This document shows positions 51,620 through 64,000 of a stretch of DNA of 64,000 bases, one piece after another. The DNA is from Trichoplax sp. H2 (lineage: Eukaryota). The notes beneath the pieces were generated by a model. It saw only the letters and a list, made by a program, of their open reading frames with translations. It searched no databases and was not told the DNA's origin. The translations under genes were made by a program, and so were the position numbers. The DNA is taken from assembly GCA_003344405.1 (NCBI GenBank), contig NOWV01000139.1, forward strand, positions 62,001 through 126,000, written 5' to 3'. How positions within the stretch are numbered: position 1 is the first letter of the stretch; each line of letters opens with the position of its first letter.

Positions 51620-54600
51620 AGAAATGAATTGCTGCTGTTACACTACTGAAATGTTCCCTCTTCTCAGAGATTAATTGGAGGCTACAATCAAGAATAATGG
51701 CTTCATTCAAAAGTACAGTACAGTTTGGTTTAATAACATTGGCATAGTTCTAGATACGATGAAAGGATAATGGCAACAAGATCAACTTTGTCACGGAAAG
51801 AAATCGTCCGTATTACGTGTTACCGTAGCCTCGTCTATAGGTAGACGTCAGGAAGAAGGAACCTGACAGTTGGTTTATAGTATTCATTTTCTGCAGTAGT
51901 TTTCAATTTCCTGGTTACAAATTTCGATTTGTAACAGGAACATTTATCATTTGATATCACCTGTAGCTACACTATCGTTACATACTCTAGAGGCAGAGAA
52001 ACATAATACTATATCATGAAGAAGTAGGACAGAGGATTAACGATGCTGTTCTCTCAGTAACTGGGGTCTGAATTTCAGTATAATTAATACTGTATTTTTC
52101 ATTCCATGAAGGGGACAAAATCCCTGTTAGTGTACAGCATAAGTATATCACAATCCATAGAAAGTTTTATCCTTACACTGGATGGGAACGTATTCAATTT
52201 GGTAGGAATGCTTTCGATAGCCTAAAAAATAAAATGCAAGATCGATTTTTGCTTGATATTAATTTATCTCTACATTATTTTTCAAAGGAAAATTGTTATT
52301 TCAATATTATCCGATTTACTGATATTGTTGTTATGACCAAGCAACGCAAACAACTTATTTCCAGTCTGGTCTCTGTCGATGAAACAAGTCAATAATATTA
52401 ACTCTTGCTGGTCTTGCTACAGTTTATAGCTGCAATTTAGGATAGCGCTTGAACACGTCAGCTTTTAACCTCGAGAGGTCCAGTTTCCTACTCGATAAAG
52501 CGAAAGAAGGATAGTAAACTCAACGTTTCTCTGTCTCCTTTATTAGCCTCCAGGTAAACTAATTAAGTCGCCAACATAGCACTTTGACCTATTTTCAAGT
52601 TTAGAATTAAGCATGCGCTAAAAAAACCGGATTAATTGGAACAATTAGCCGCTTGCAGTGTTTTCTCCGGGCTTATTGTATGATAAGTGTTTGAAGGTAA
52701 CTGGGTCAAGGCCAGCCATTATTTTTGCTTTAGTTTACGAGCAGAATTATTTATACTTGTTTTTACTGTACGCTGTAGGCGTAGAGTACTAAACGGCGAT
52801 GATGATTGCGCAATTTCCTCGAAGATTGACGCAATCAAGTGTTTTATACTGTACAGTATTACTGAACAGTGTACGTATTCAGTATGGATTGTATCCAACA
52901 AAACTTCGAAAACTTTTCCTTATTCCTTTCCTTCACTGACAATTTAGCTATTGAACACATGATGGTTATTGGAGGACATTGCACGCATGTACAAGCCATT
53001 ATTAGTTCAATGGATGTTATTTCCTGGATCGTACAAGCACACGGACAACAAATTTACCTAAAGTTAAAATGATTTCAGAATCTGTTTTCAATCAAGTTTG
53101 GAGATGGTGTACAGTACAGTACAGTGTACAGTATGCATGTCCACTGAGCACTGTACTGTACAGTGTACTGTATACTGTAAATTCAAGTTTTCTTATCCCA
53201 TCAATTGATGTAAATAAACAATGCAATGAATGATAGGAAAATACGACTGCCTATTGGCTAATACCATAATGCATTGAGATGCTACAGAATTTTGATTTAC
53301 TAGCTTGAAGATGGCTAGTGCAGCACTACGAGCACTACCATATTAACAATCGTATCTGTTGATGAATAACATGCTGTATATTATACAGTCAAACGGACGA
53401 TGGGAAAATACTGCTGGCTAATACCATAATGCATTAAGATGATACAGAATTTTGATTTGCTAGCTTGAAGATGGCTGCATATGAACTACAGTATAGTGCA
53501 GCACTGCGAGTACTACCGAATTAACAATCGTACGGTATTCGTACCTGTTGATAAATAGCATGCTGTATATTATACAGTCAAACGGACGATGAGAAAATAC
53601 TGCTGGCTAATACCATAATGCATTGAGATGCTACAGAATTTTGATTTGCTAGCTTGAAGATGGCTGCATAAGAACTACAGTATTGTGCAGCACTACGAGT
53701 ACTACCGAATTAACAATCGTATCTGTTGATGAATAGCATGCTGTATATTATACAGTCAAACGGACGATGGGAAAATACTGCTGGCTAATACCATAATGCA
53801 TTGAGATGCTACAGAATTTTGATTTGCTAGCTTGAAGATGGCTGCATAAGAACTACAGTATTGTGCAGCACTACGAGCATTACCATATTAACAATCGTAT
53901 CTATTGATAAATAGCATGCTGTATATTATACAGTCAAACGGACGATGGGAAAATACAGCTGGCTAATATAGATTATCTTTTAATTGACTAGCATCTTGAT
54001 GGCTATATGAACTACAACGCAGTGATACGAATACTGCCGCTTGAATAATAGCATCACTTGATGGAAATAATGAAATAGATGATTCGAAATACGACTGACT
54101 AATATTTTAAATTGTCACCAACAGTACAGCTAAAGCACTATATATAGTACGTTACGACAAGCATTACCCGCTTTAAGCTGCTTGTTTTTCAACACTACTT
54201 CAACTTATTACTACCACAACTTGACATTCAAAATGATTAAGGTATAGTAGAGGAACAAGGAGCAAGTACGGGTGCATACAATACAGTATTGTATAGTACG
54301 CCAAGTAAAATGAAAGAAAGAAGAACTTAAAACGATCGTTGTCGACTATACTAATAATGTGCTGACCGATTCTATTGCCTATCATTTCAACTGGATTGAG
54401 AATAATAAAAGTTATCCCATCGCCCACCCTTGAAAAAAAAACGGCAATCTTTTATCACTGGTCAAATTGTGGTCGGAAAAGCTCCTTACTTCTTACATTA
54501 CTACAAACAACCTCAACAAATTGCAAAGTAAACAGTGCAATGACTCCGAGCGAGTGTTCGAACGTAACACCAGTATCACTTAGGTGCAAGATTTCAGGCC

Positions 54601-54780
54601 AACCTATTTGGCTGATTCTGGAGAATAGCCTGCGGACTATATCACAGTTTATTCCCATGCAATTACATAGCTTCACCAGGCTTCAAAAACTGACTTCTTG
54701 AAAATTTTACGCGTGAATTTCTTTATTGATTTATATCGTTACCCATTGTAGGAGAAATTCTCGATAAATCAACAGCGACT
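51620..54780 (+). pseudogene. Decayed intronless ORF of unknown family, copy A (interrupted by an insertion at ~53075-54150)
   Basis: Peptide anchors IGGYNQ (51674), FYPYTGWE (52165), KHALKNRINWN (52609, one-base frameshift) and VRVHTIQY (54266) are colinear with copy B at 58.4-60.0 kb. Boundaries are approximate. Confidence 0.55.
53225..54100. repeat. Tandem repeat with a ~178-bp unit, four good copies plus a degenerate fifth
   Basis: The anchor GGCTAATA recurs at 53256, 53416, 53605, 53783 and 53961 (spacings 160, 189, 178, 178). Confidence 0.95.
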
Positions 54781-55374
54781 GTAGTCTTTTAGTATCACAA
54801 ACAAGGTACAGTATTATTATAATTAATTAATTAATATACAGTACATGTATAATGGCCAGTACTCTCGATTATGATCGAACAACATGTAGTACTATACTGT
54901 ACTGTACTATGCTTAATCACTGTAATAGACGTTAGCAATAAGGATACTTTTCTCCATAAAATTCTCCGCGTATGGAATACACTATTCGAAAGGGAAATGA
55001 TATTATTATATGACTTGACAATCTGCAAATGTGCATACAACAAGTTAGGAGTGGTAACAGCTTTTAAGCTTGCAATCATAGTACTGTCCTATTTACAAGT
55101 TGAAGAACTCTCTAACTAACTTAATATGCCCAAGATCAATGAAGGAAATCAGCATAAAAGTACAGTAGTTACTTAAAAATCAATTTTTAAACCTGCTAAT
55201 TATTCTACTGCTAGTTAGACAAGAATACAGGCAGTGATATTTTACATATACTATTAAAGTAGCCATCTGAGTGTGAACCGTTCCATGCTTCTTTAACCAT
55301 CATTTTCGTATTATTTTATCCAACATTTTTACCGTTATAGGATTCTTGATAACTGCTAATTCGTTTATATGAAC

Positions 55375-57857
55375 TTAGATATGAGTATCGGAAAAGCCAG
55401 TATTATAATTAGAGTCGATGAAAAAATAACTGGATGATGTAGAAATGGTGTTATTGCAGCTTTCTGATTTTGAAGTTGATAAGGCATCGCTTTGACCACA
55501 TTTTGTCGTAAATTTCATACAAAAAGTCGTAATTCGCTTCGAGATGATAACTGCTTTATCTTCCGGAATTAATAAAATTAGAAAACTAAAGCTAATAAGA
55601 ACTGATCCAACAATTTTTAAGTAGTCAAATACAATCTGATGAATTGCAATATCCACTATTGCATTTCCAGGTATACCAAGCAGTAGGCCAATTGCTACAT
55701 ATACAGGATAACTAATTGCTGTTCCTAAAAATGTTAGAGAATGTATTGCTGCACCAAATGCAGCGGTCAGATTGAGTGTATCCCAAGGCATCATGTCCCA
55801 GTTTATTGCTTCAAATCCAATAGCTGCAAAAATCAATACAAATATCCACCCAGATAGCATGATTGTCAAACTAACAACGGTGAGTACTAGTAAAGTCTTG
55901 CCTAGACAAGCGTCAGGAAGTACTTTTTTCAAATATACCTAATCAGATTGAAAGGAAATTCGAATCAGCAATGGGCACTAGTTCTAGTTTTACAAACAGC
56001 TTTAATGTCCACATACTACTGCTAATTGTTCTGATATAGTATTTAATATATCAAGTATCGTATACGATCATTTTGCTCTAAAAATAAATGATATTACACT
56101 CGTATGCACAACAATTTGCTTTGGCTATCACGCTGAGACCAGTAAATCGCTGGAATAAATAGGTATATATATATATTTAGAGCTTATTTCCTATTATCAG
56201 TACTATCGCTATTGGGACATGATCTGAGAGAAAGATATGAATCAATGACCGAAAGGGTTATCCTAAAAATATTACCCTATAGAAGGCTGATAATATTGCC
56301 GACATGAGCGACATGATAATTCCTATAGTATTAGAGCCATTCTGTTTATAGGAGACTGCATAGAATAGTATACCAGCGACTGCTAGAAAAACAGCGATTG
56401 TCTAAGATAGCAAAATCGAAATATCGACATACGTATATTGGTTAGTTAAAAATGACAAAATTGAGATATCGTTTTAATAACTATTTCGAGGGATAAAAAA
56501 AAGAAATTATGGATAATGCTCGTATTTTAATGAATGTAGTAAAATTTCACCCGTATTAGTATCCAAGGTTCTCGCAGCCAATATACTGATAGAATATATA
56601 TCAGCGCAACATTCACGCTAAGAATAGTTACATAATCTGTTAGAGACACTGATTTGATAGCATAGAAGAAAAAGCAGTATGTCGTAGTTAAGAAAATTGC
56701 CACTGGAACAATCTTGATTATAAATCCTTTTAGGAATCTGCCATGATACTGTAGAATGACGGAATCTTCCCTTTATCAAATATAATTCAACAAATGGAGC
56801 TAAGGTTAGAAATACTGAACGAGTTCGGCAAGAGTGTTTATGAAACAGAAAATATTCTAATAAGCCAAATATGGCATTTTAACTCACTTCCACATTTCTT
56901 TCAATGATTTTCCGAAAATCATAGCAACCGAACAGTAAATTGGATAACATATAATAGTCCATGATCTTGCGTACCTATTTTACAAGCACAGCGATAATGT
57001 AGATAGTATCGGTGAACTACAGTAGAAATCAAACAGAATTATTCTCTAAATTTACCAGGTTGCGAATGTGATAGCAGTAAAATTTCCTGATGTTAGACTA
57101 CGGCCAAATTGAGCTTCTAGTACAGCTACGACTGCTAGCGCTAGCACGACGATTAAACCAGTCGAGGATTTGATACGGTAGAGACTGCAACGTTGTCTAC
57201 AAGTTTCATCTTCTAATGAAATTCGATTACAAGGTGATAGCGTTTTTAGTGCGTTTGGACATAATAAACAGTAAGAGGTAATTGAACTATCTGTTATCCA
57301 ATATAAAATTAATTGCACACAGCTATATAATGAAATTGTTAGAATGTGAAAGCTCACTTTATGTTTTGAAGAATAGAAATGAAAAAGTGATTAGATTTAG
57401 TGAGAGTATCGTATAAACTATATTGCTTAAATTTGAAAACTGCGACTATAGATGTTGCACAGGTACAGCGTTCAGTAATCTTCTTACTGAAATGTTAAAA
57501 CCTGTGCAAAATCAATTTGGAGGTCATCCTATTGGGTCTCTGAACGAAATTAAATAGATAATTTGTAATTTAAATACTACCGTTGAACTGACTTGTGATG
57601 CATAGAATTGTGAGTTATTTTCTACTGTTCAAACTAAACTTGGCATTCTGATATTAATGGTTATAATACTAGTTATCATTATGATAATAGGCATGCCAAT
57701 TATGAAGAGCGTTGTGCATTGGATTGAAAGAATCAGTTAAGCATTTGTTAATGTAGAAGTTGATCTGCATGAAATTAATCTTAAGAAATTAGCACTTTAA
57801 TGTATTTGGTCACAAACCTATGTTGGATATCTCAGTTTGATTTTCATGGTCTCTCAT
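55375..57857 (-). CDS. SLC35F3/F4-like transporter, copy 2 (~397 aa)
   Basis: Exons 57857-57818, 57212-57056, 56974-56888, 56770-56551, 56401-56276, 55938-55375. Exon sizes are identical to copy 1. Confidence 0.85.
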
Positions 57858-58412
57858 GTCTATTTTATTGATTACTATAGTTATTGATAAAATAAGAATG
57901 AAACAGTAATTTTGGATGATTTTCGTAACAGGATTTGGATCATAACTATCTCAGGTGTAAAGATGCAGAAATTGAAGTTTGCATGGTCCCTGTTAGATAT
58001 CGTAACGCAGATTTTGCTTATAGTCATTATTTTATCGCGGCCTTTATAGAAGATGTCATGGATATCAGCAATCGGGCTATAGTTTTCAAGAGTGGTCAAA
58101 CTAATTTTGACGCAATCATAGTCTCACTAATCATACTCTTGGACCCATTAATTCTTAATTTTTCGACACTACTTTACAACCGTTGTTACGGTTGCTTTAT
58201 AAAATATCGGCCATCCAGGGAAATAACGAACGAATCGAGAACGCTACAATCATTGTGTTTTATGGCCAATGACTCTATTTATCTAACCGATATATTAATA
58301 CTCAAAATATGGGTACATCGGTTTACGAATAGCAGTTCTAGACGCAAGAACATCATCACTGCTATTCGTTTCTCGATATTTCTAGCATGCACCGCAGCAT
58401 CAGAGTATTAAG

Positions 58413-60300
58413 ATGAACGGATTGAAATTTTGTTAGTCTTAATTCCATTAACAATTGGTGGACTCTGTCAATATATTCTCGAGCTTAATACGGTACATTA
58501 CTATGATTAAAGTGGAGAAATTTCTCTATATTGTACTATTTGTTAAAATCTGCCTATCAAAGCAGTTCATTAAATTGCCAGTAGGTACTTTAATTTTCGG
58601 AACCCAACCCATGTAAACATTAGTCATCCAATCGATTGCTAGCGTTTTCGACTTTCAAGCCAAGGGTTAGCTGTGGGGTCCCTACAATATGGAAAGACTT
58701 TTTTCACTTTGTTATTGTCTACTGTAGCCTTGCACAATTCCCCAAAGTAAGATATACGTAAGGACAATCAAGGGCATGTTAAAGGATGGAAATTGACTTC
58801 GGGACCAACATTATCCAGTCGAGCACTGCTAATTTACTACCTTACCCTCAAGTATATACTACAGTCATGATATGAATATATCCAGGCGAGCAGAGCTATT
58901 TTACTAAATTCAAGCATGCAGTACAGTAATGATATTAATATTTTTTCCAGTTTTTGCCGTTGGTCTGGTACTGCAGTAGATACGCAAATGGTGTATCCTT
59001 ACACTTGATAAGAGCCTGTCGAATTTTTTACCAATGTTACCAGAATCTTTGAAATGAAATTAAGAATCATTTTTACTTATAACTAATTTGTTTATCACGC
59101 GATTGATGGAAAATTTATACCTGATATTGATCAATTATTGCCAATGTTGTTCCGACCAGATGGATAAAGTCAAGGAAACCTTTCAGATAAGATACCTTGG
59201 CGCAATATAAGTAAACGAAAAGACAATACTTATTTCAAGCCTCCTTCATCACCGCACTTCGATATTACAATTCAAAATATCACCTTTTCGCTAAACTGAT
59301 CCAAATAGGCGCTAATAAAAAAACTTACGACTGGATATAGCCCAGGAATGGAATTCGTTCTAGACCAAGAATGGAATCGTTCTAGCCCGATAGTTCATGC
59401 ATACTCGTATATACAGTTTGACATATATAATATATATATACTCATATATATGCGTACAATATATATATATATATAGTACAATAAACACTCTATCAATTAA
59501 CTTGAAAATAGGGACTCACTTTTCCATTGTCTCCTATTCTTGAAGCGAGAATGAAATTTAGGGTTTAAGCATGCGCTCGAAAACTGGCTAAACTGGAATG
59601 AGAAGACCAGTTTATTTTTTTATGGCCAGGGTCAATGTCGATTTACTTATTTAGAGGCAAGAGGTCAAATTGTCTATTATTTACTATCAAAATTATTTAG
59701 CTTTGCTGATTGAATTATGGCGACGATGGTATTAATTAATATTGAAATAGATTTGACAGACTTGATTTTCTACCGGGTCCAAGATAAACTGGTGTTGTGA
59801 AAGTGAAAAACAGGATTGTGTTCATGATCTTTTGTTCGTAATTCAATATGATTAGCCCTAGTTAATATCGTTCGTCGTAACGATACAAGGCAAAAGAAAT
59901 CCCTCGATGATTTCTATCACCATCATACTAAATTATATAATGTCATTCTTACTACTGTACAATTAAAGTGAGTGTACATTCATGAAATCAGATACAATAA
60001 TAAACTAATCGTAATTGCCTCGAGGGCATCTTCATCATGATACTGCTTTAGCTCACTAAAATACGATGATGAATTGAAAGTGAAGGTATAGTTAGCGCAG
60101 TGAAAACCACAATAGTCTTGTATGAAATAATTTATTAGGGACTAGCAACAGCCAGATGGTTAAAATCGGCTAGTTTATCGCAAGTAGCCAAGCAGTGCCA
60201 CCGAAAACTGTCATACTTTTATTGACCAATCCATTGACTTCTTAGTGTTTGTATATTATTACTTAATATCAACAATATCAAAGCCGCAGTGAAATGAAAA
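58413..60300 (+). pseudogene. Decayed intronless ORF of unknown family, copy B (signal-peptide-like start, many N-x-S/T sequons)
   Basis: RIEILLVLIPLTIGGLCQ (IGG at 58454), VYPYT**E (58991), FKHALENWLNWN (59564) and VYIHEIRY (59972) all lie in one reading frame with scattered stops. Homologous to copy A. The end is approximate. Confidence 0.6.
59405..59476. repeat. Imperfect (TA)n microsatellite
   Basis: Interrupted TA dinucleotide runs. Confidence 0.8.
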
Positions 60301-61036
60301 CAGGCCGATGAAACAATAGTTTTACAATGTTTAGTTTAATATACAGCTAAGGTTATGCTCTTCACTACCACTTATGAGCAGGAGATTGTATTGATGGAGA
60401 TTATGCTATCAGACAGACTAAGAGGAAGTAATTACGATGATCGATTAATCGGATGCACAACTTATTAGGGTTTTGAACTGGTATTGGATCTACACGTTTA
60501 TAGATAGTAAGTCAATCAAAATTAAAATTTGTCATTCACAGTTCAGTATCGCCGTGTCAAAGTGCAGAATATCTGCAACAGGATTTTGATTAAGAAAATC
60601 AAATCATATTAATGTGATTGTACGTGTGCCCTGCTGTTATACACTATTATAATTACTAACTTAAAATAGTACTATATTCCGTACAATTTCTACGCATTTC
60701 GCTAGTAATAATTAATAAGGGAACTAAATCGCAAGTAATAATTAAGAACTTTAGTCGGAATACCTTAAGCAATCATAAGATCTAGATATTGACTGATCTA
60801 CACATGTAATAAGGCAAGATCGCATTAATAGCATGTAACATCGGCATCATTTGCCTTTTATGCCTGCTAATGTTATAGGAATGAAATACTCTGCAGTAGA
60901 GCAAAATAACAAGATAATATTTGTATGATTCAGAGTATATTTTTCGCTTGCACGAAACCTGCCATGCCATGATTATTCATTATCAAATTGTTTCCATCGA
61001 ATAAATTGCTTTAGCAAACAAATAACAGCCATTATC

Positions 61037-63535
61037 TTATATCTGAGTTTCGGCCAAACCGGAGTTATACTTAGAATCGATGAAGAAATAGCTAGAAGAG
61101 GTTGAAGTTACACCATTATTCGTTGGTGTCGTTGGGTCTGTCGAAAGGTTGTTTTGATTACATTTAATCATCAGTCTTAAGCAGGCGGAAAGGATTCGCT
61201 TTGAGATAGTGATTGCTTTATCTTCCGGAATCAATAAGATTAGGAAGCTACAGCTAATAAGAATTGCTCCAAGGATTTTTAAATAATCAAATATAACATG
61301 ATGCATTGCAATATCCACAATTGCATTGCCAGGTATTCCAAGCAATAAACCGATAGCAACGAAAACAGGATAGCTAACTGCTGTTCCTAAAAATGTTAGA
61401 GCATGAATTGCCACTCCAAATGCTGCGGTTAAGTTGAGGGAATCCCATGGCATAACATCCCAGTTTAAAGCTTCAAATCCAGTAGCTGAGAAAAGCAGTA
61501 CAAATATCCACCCCGACAGTAAGACAGTCATACTAACGGCACTGAGTGCTAGTAATGTCTTACCAAAGCAGGAATCAGGCAGTACTCTTTTCAAATATAC
61601 CTATGCAAATCGATAGAATAAACACCCCAGAAGATGTTTGTGTTAGTTTTGCTTTCAAAGCAATTTTACCATTTTCTTTTTAATGTAGTTCTTTGTTATT
61701 TAGCAGTTATCTACGTAAAGTATTAATAACTAAATTAAATTTACTTAAAACAAAATTAAATTAATGGACGCTAAGCTCAGTACTTCGCAAAATGTTAGTA
61801 TTAGAGGTAATTAGATTTATAAGGGATTTTAGAAAAGCTGCAGAGAATTTTAAAACGTGTAGATGATTTTAAATTTTACCCTATATAAAGCTGAAAGCAA
61901 TGCTGATATTAAAGACATGATAACTCCAACTGTACCGGAACCACTTTGTCTATATGAAATGGCGTAGAACAGCACGCCTGCAATAGCTAGAACGACAGCA
62001 ATTACCTGTTGAAAGTATAAATAAAGTTCAAGTATTAGCTAGCAGTATCAAAATGAAGAAATTTGAGAAATCTTGAGTATGATACGCTTTAAGTGATGAT
62101 TCATATAGAAAGTAAAGATCTTACCCGCAGAAGTATCACAGGTTCTCGTAGCCAAGTCACAGACAGAATATATATCAAGGCAATGTTCACACTTAGAATG
62201 GTTATGTAATCAGTTGGTGATACCATTTTTACAGCGTAAAAGAAGCAAGTATAAGATGCAGCTAAAAAAATGGTTATTGGTATAATTCTGATAATGAATC
62301 CTTTCGTAAATTTGCCATGATATTGTAAAATGGACGAATCTTCCCTATTTAAACCATAGGTTAATAAAAAAAGCGCTAAAATCAATTATGTTGCATACTA
62401 CGGTTCGTATCATTCCAGTTTGCTTTATGAATACTCTTTAATTCGAGAACATTATTGAATCTCTAGATCTTGAGTACTAATTAATACTGTCAATATACTC
62501 ACTTCCACATTTCTTTTAAGGATTTTCCAAATATCATGCCAATTGGACAGTAGAGTGGATAACAGATGACTGTCCATGATCTAGCATACCTAGTACACGT
62601 AAATATATGGCAACAAAATGGAGAATTTCAGATAGAATAGAAATAAATATGATTACGTTTTGAACTTACCACGTAGCAAATGCTATAGCAGTAAAATTTC
62701 CCGATGTAAGATCGCGGCCAAATTGACCTTCTAGTACTACAGCAACTGCCAGTAGTAGTACTGCGACCAAACCCATTGATGATTTGATCGAGTACGTATT
62801 GCAATGTTGTTTGCAAGCTTCATCTTCTAGATAATTAATAAACAGATAAAACTGATCTCAGTTGCGTAAAGAGTTTTGCAACCGCAAGACCTTTAAACAA
62901 GTTGCTAGTTGCCAGTTGTAGTAAAGCCCCAAATACAGTATATCCAAGACTAAGATTGCTAGATTGTACGAAAATAGATGAATTGTATGTGAGATTTTAA
63001 GATTGCATGAATAATATGATTATATTTATTGCTTGATAGTCCGTGATAGTTGTTATGCGAACCGAACATATGCATTAAATTAAAGTTTACAAGAAACTGT
63101 AGTTCTTGCTTCATTCTGATTTTGCTTATGTATGTACTGAATTAAGTAACTTTCTCACTAGAGAAAAATCATATTGAACAATTTTAAAAGTTCCTATATT
63201 CGTGTGATGTAAAAGATTGTAACCGAATGATATGTAAATACATGATCTTGATCGACAGTCGAGTTGATATGAATAACTATAGCACTTTGAAGCTGTTCTG
63301 CTGAGTTTCGAAATTGAATTTCTCCTGTTATATCGTTATTACTTTCTGAAGTTGTTAGTAAGACCACAAGCTGCGCGAATTTTGAAAAATTCGTGCCATT
63401 AATATGAAACATGTCATGGTGTATTATTTATTCTAAAGAAACCCTACTTTTTTACTTTAAAGTTAAAATTCAATTCCTGATATACCGTCACAAACCTTTT
63501 TCCGATATTTGAGTTTGATTTTCGTTTTCTCTCAT
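61037..63535 (-). CDS. SLC35F3/F4-like transporter, copy 3 (~397 aa)
   Basis: Exons 63535-63496, 62826-62670, 62589-62503, 62344-62125, 62005-61880, 61600-61037. Exon sizes are identical to copies 1 and 2. Confidence 0.85.
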
Positions 63536-64000
63536 ATTTACTTATAGGATACTAAAGTTATTGATAAATAAAAATGAAATTGCAATTTTTTGATGATTTA
63601 TTAATACGAATTGAACCCGATTCTGAGCTCCTGTATGTACTGAAGTTAGAGATGTTGTTATTAATACACATCCTAATGACTATCACGATCAGGGTTTGTG
63701 TATAATTAAATGCCCCTTGCTATACAGAAAAAAAATTCAAAACCTAAGAAATTCATAAATCTTATTAAGAATTGACTAAGGTCACGTATAAGATATTACA
63801 TTCAACTTTACAATACAATGTTAATGCTTATCTTAAAACTAGAGGTGGCATTATAACGCTGGGAAATGATTGAATAACTGGTTCTGAGACATACTTGATT
63901 GCACTGGAGCTACTTTAAACATACATACTATTATCAATTGCTCATCAATACTCATATATTAATAGTATTAATTTTACTTCCATTGATTAAGTGATAGACA

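Noticed and set aside
52784-52810. NGDDDC (and YGDDG at ~59716) as an RdRp/RT motif C
   Set aside because: In copy B it lies outside the conserved reading frame, and no motif A or B was found upstream.
53225-54100. CRISPR-like array
   Set aside because: Whole units repeat with no unique spacers, the context is eukaryotic, and there are no cas genes.
57935-58411. 158-aa plus-strand ORF as an independent gene
   Set aside because: Non-ATG start, overlaps the SLC35F copy-2 upstream region, and is not open in the paralogous regions. It is in frame with the fossil ORF but has no other support.
59520-59600. Minus-strand SACLNP as a GPCR TM7 motif
   Set aside because: The surrounding frame is full of stops, there is no NPxxY tyrosine, and codon-position variation favours the plus strand.

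Overview
AT-rich, intron-containing animal DNA with short GT-AG introns. The compact gene layout suggests a basal metazoan such as a placozoan, but this is inference only. The window holds two tandem gene arrays. (1) About 0.7-45.3 kb: an array of CD20/MS4A-like four-transmembrane genes with a shared architecture (long exon 1 ending DIWxGxF, a 60-66 nt phase-0 micro-exon, an invariant 210-nt TM3-TM4 exon, then two Q/P/Y-rich tail exons). It contains four intact genes, two with truncated tails, two probable pseudogenes, one faint relic and the last exon of a further gene at the left edge. The TM1-TM2 loop is hypervariable and Tyr-rich. Seven LTRs from three families are scattered through the array: five solo LTRs with 5-bp TSDs, one LTR still carrying a tRNA-Leu primer-binding site, and one truncated copy. 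One solo LTR sits inside a coding exon, and another has its empty-site allele assembled next to it across an N gap. (2) About 48.6-63.5 kb: three intact six-exon SLC35F3/F4-like (EamA/DMT) transporter paralogues. Both spacers between them contain a decayed, intronless, signal-peptide-like + strand ORF of unknown family, and one copy is interrupted by a ~178-bp tandem repeat. Exon coordinates were derived by hand from splice signals and cross-paralogue homology. No database search was possible.
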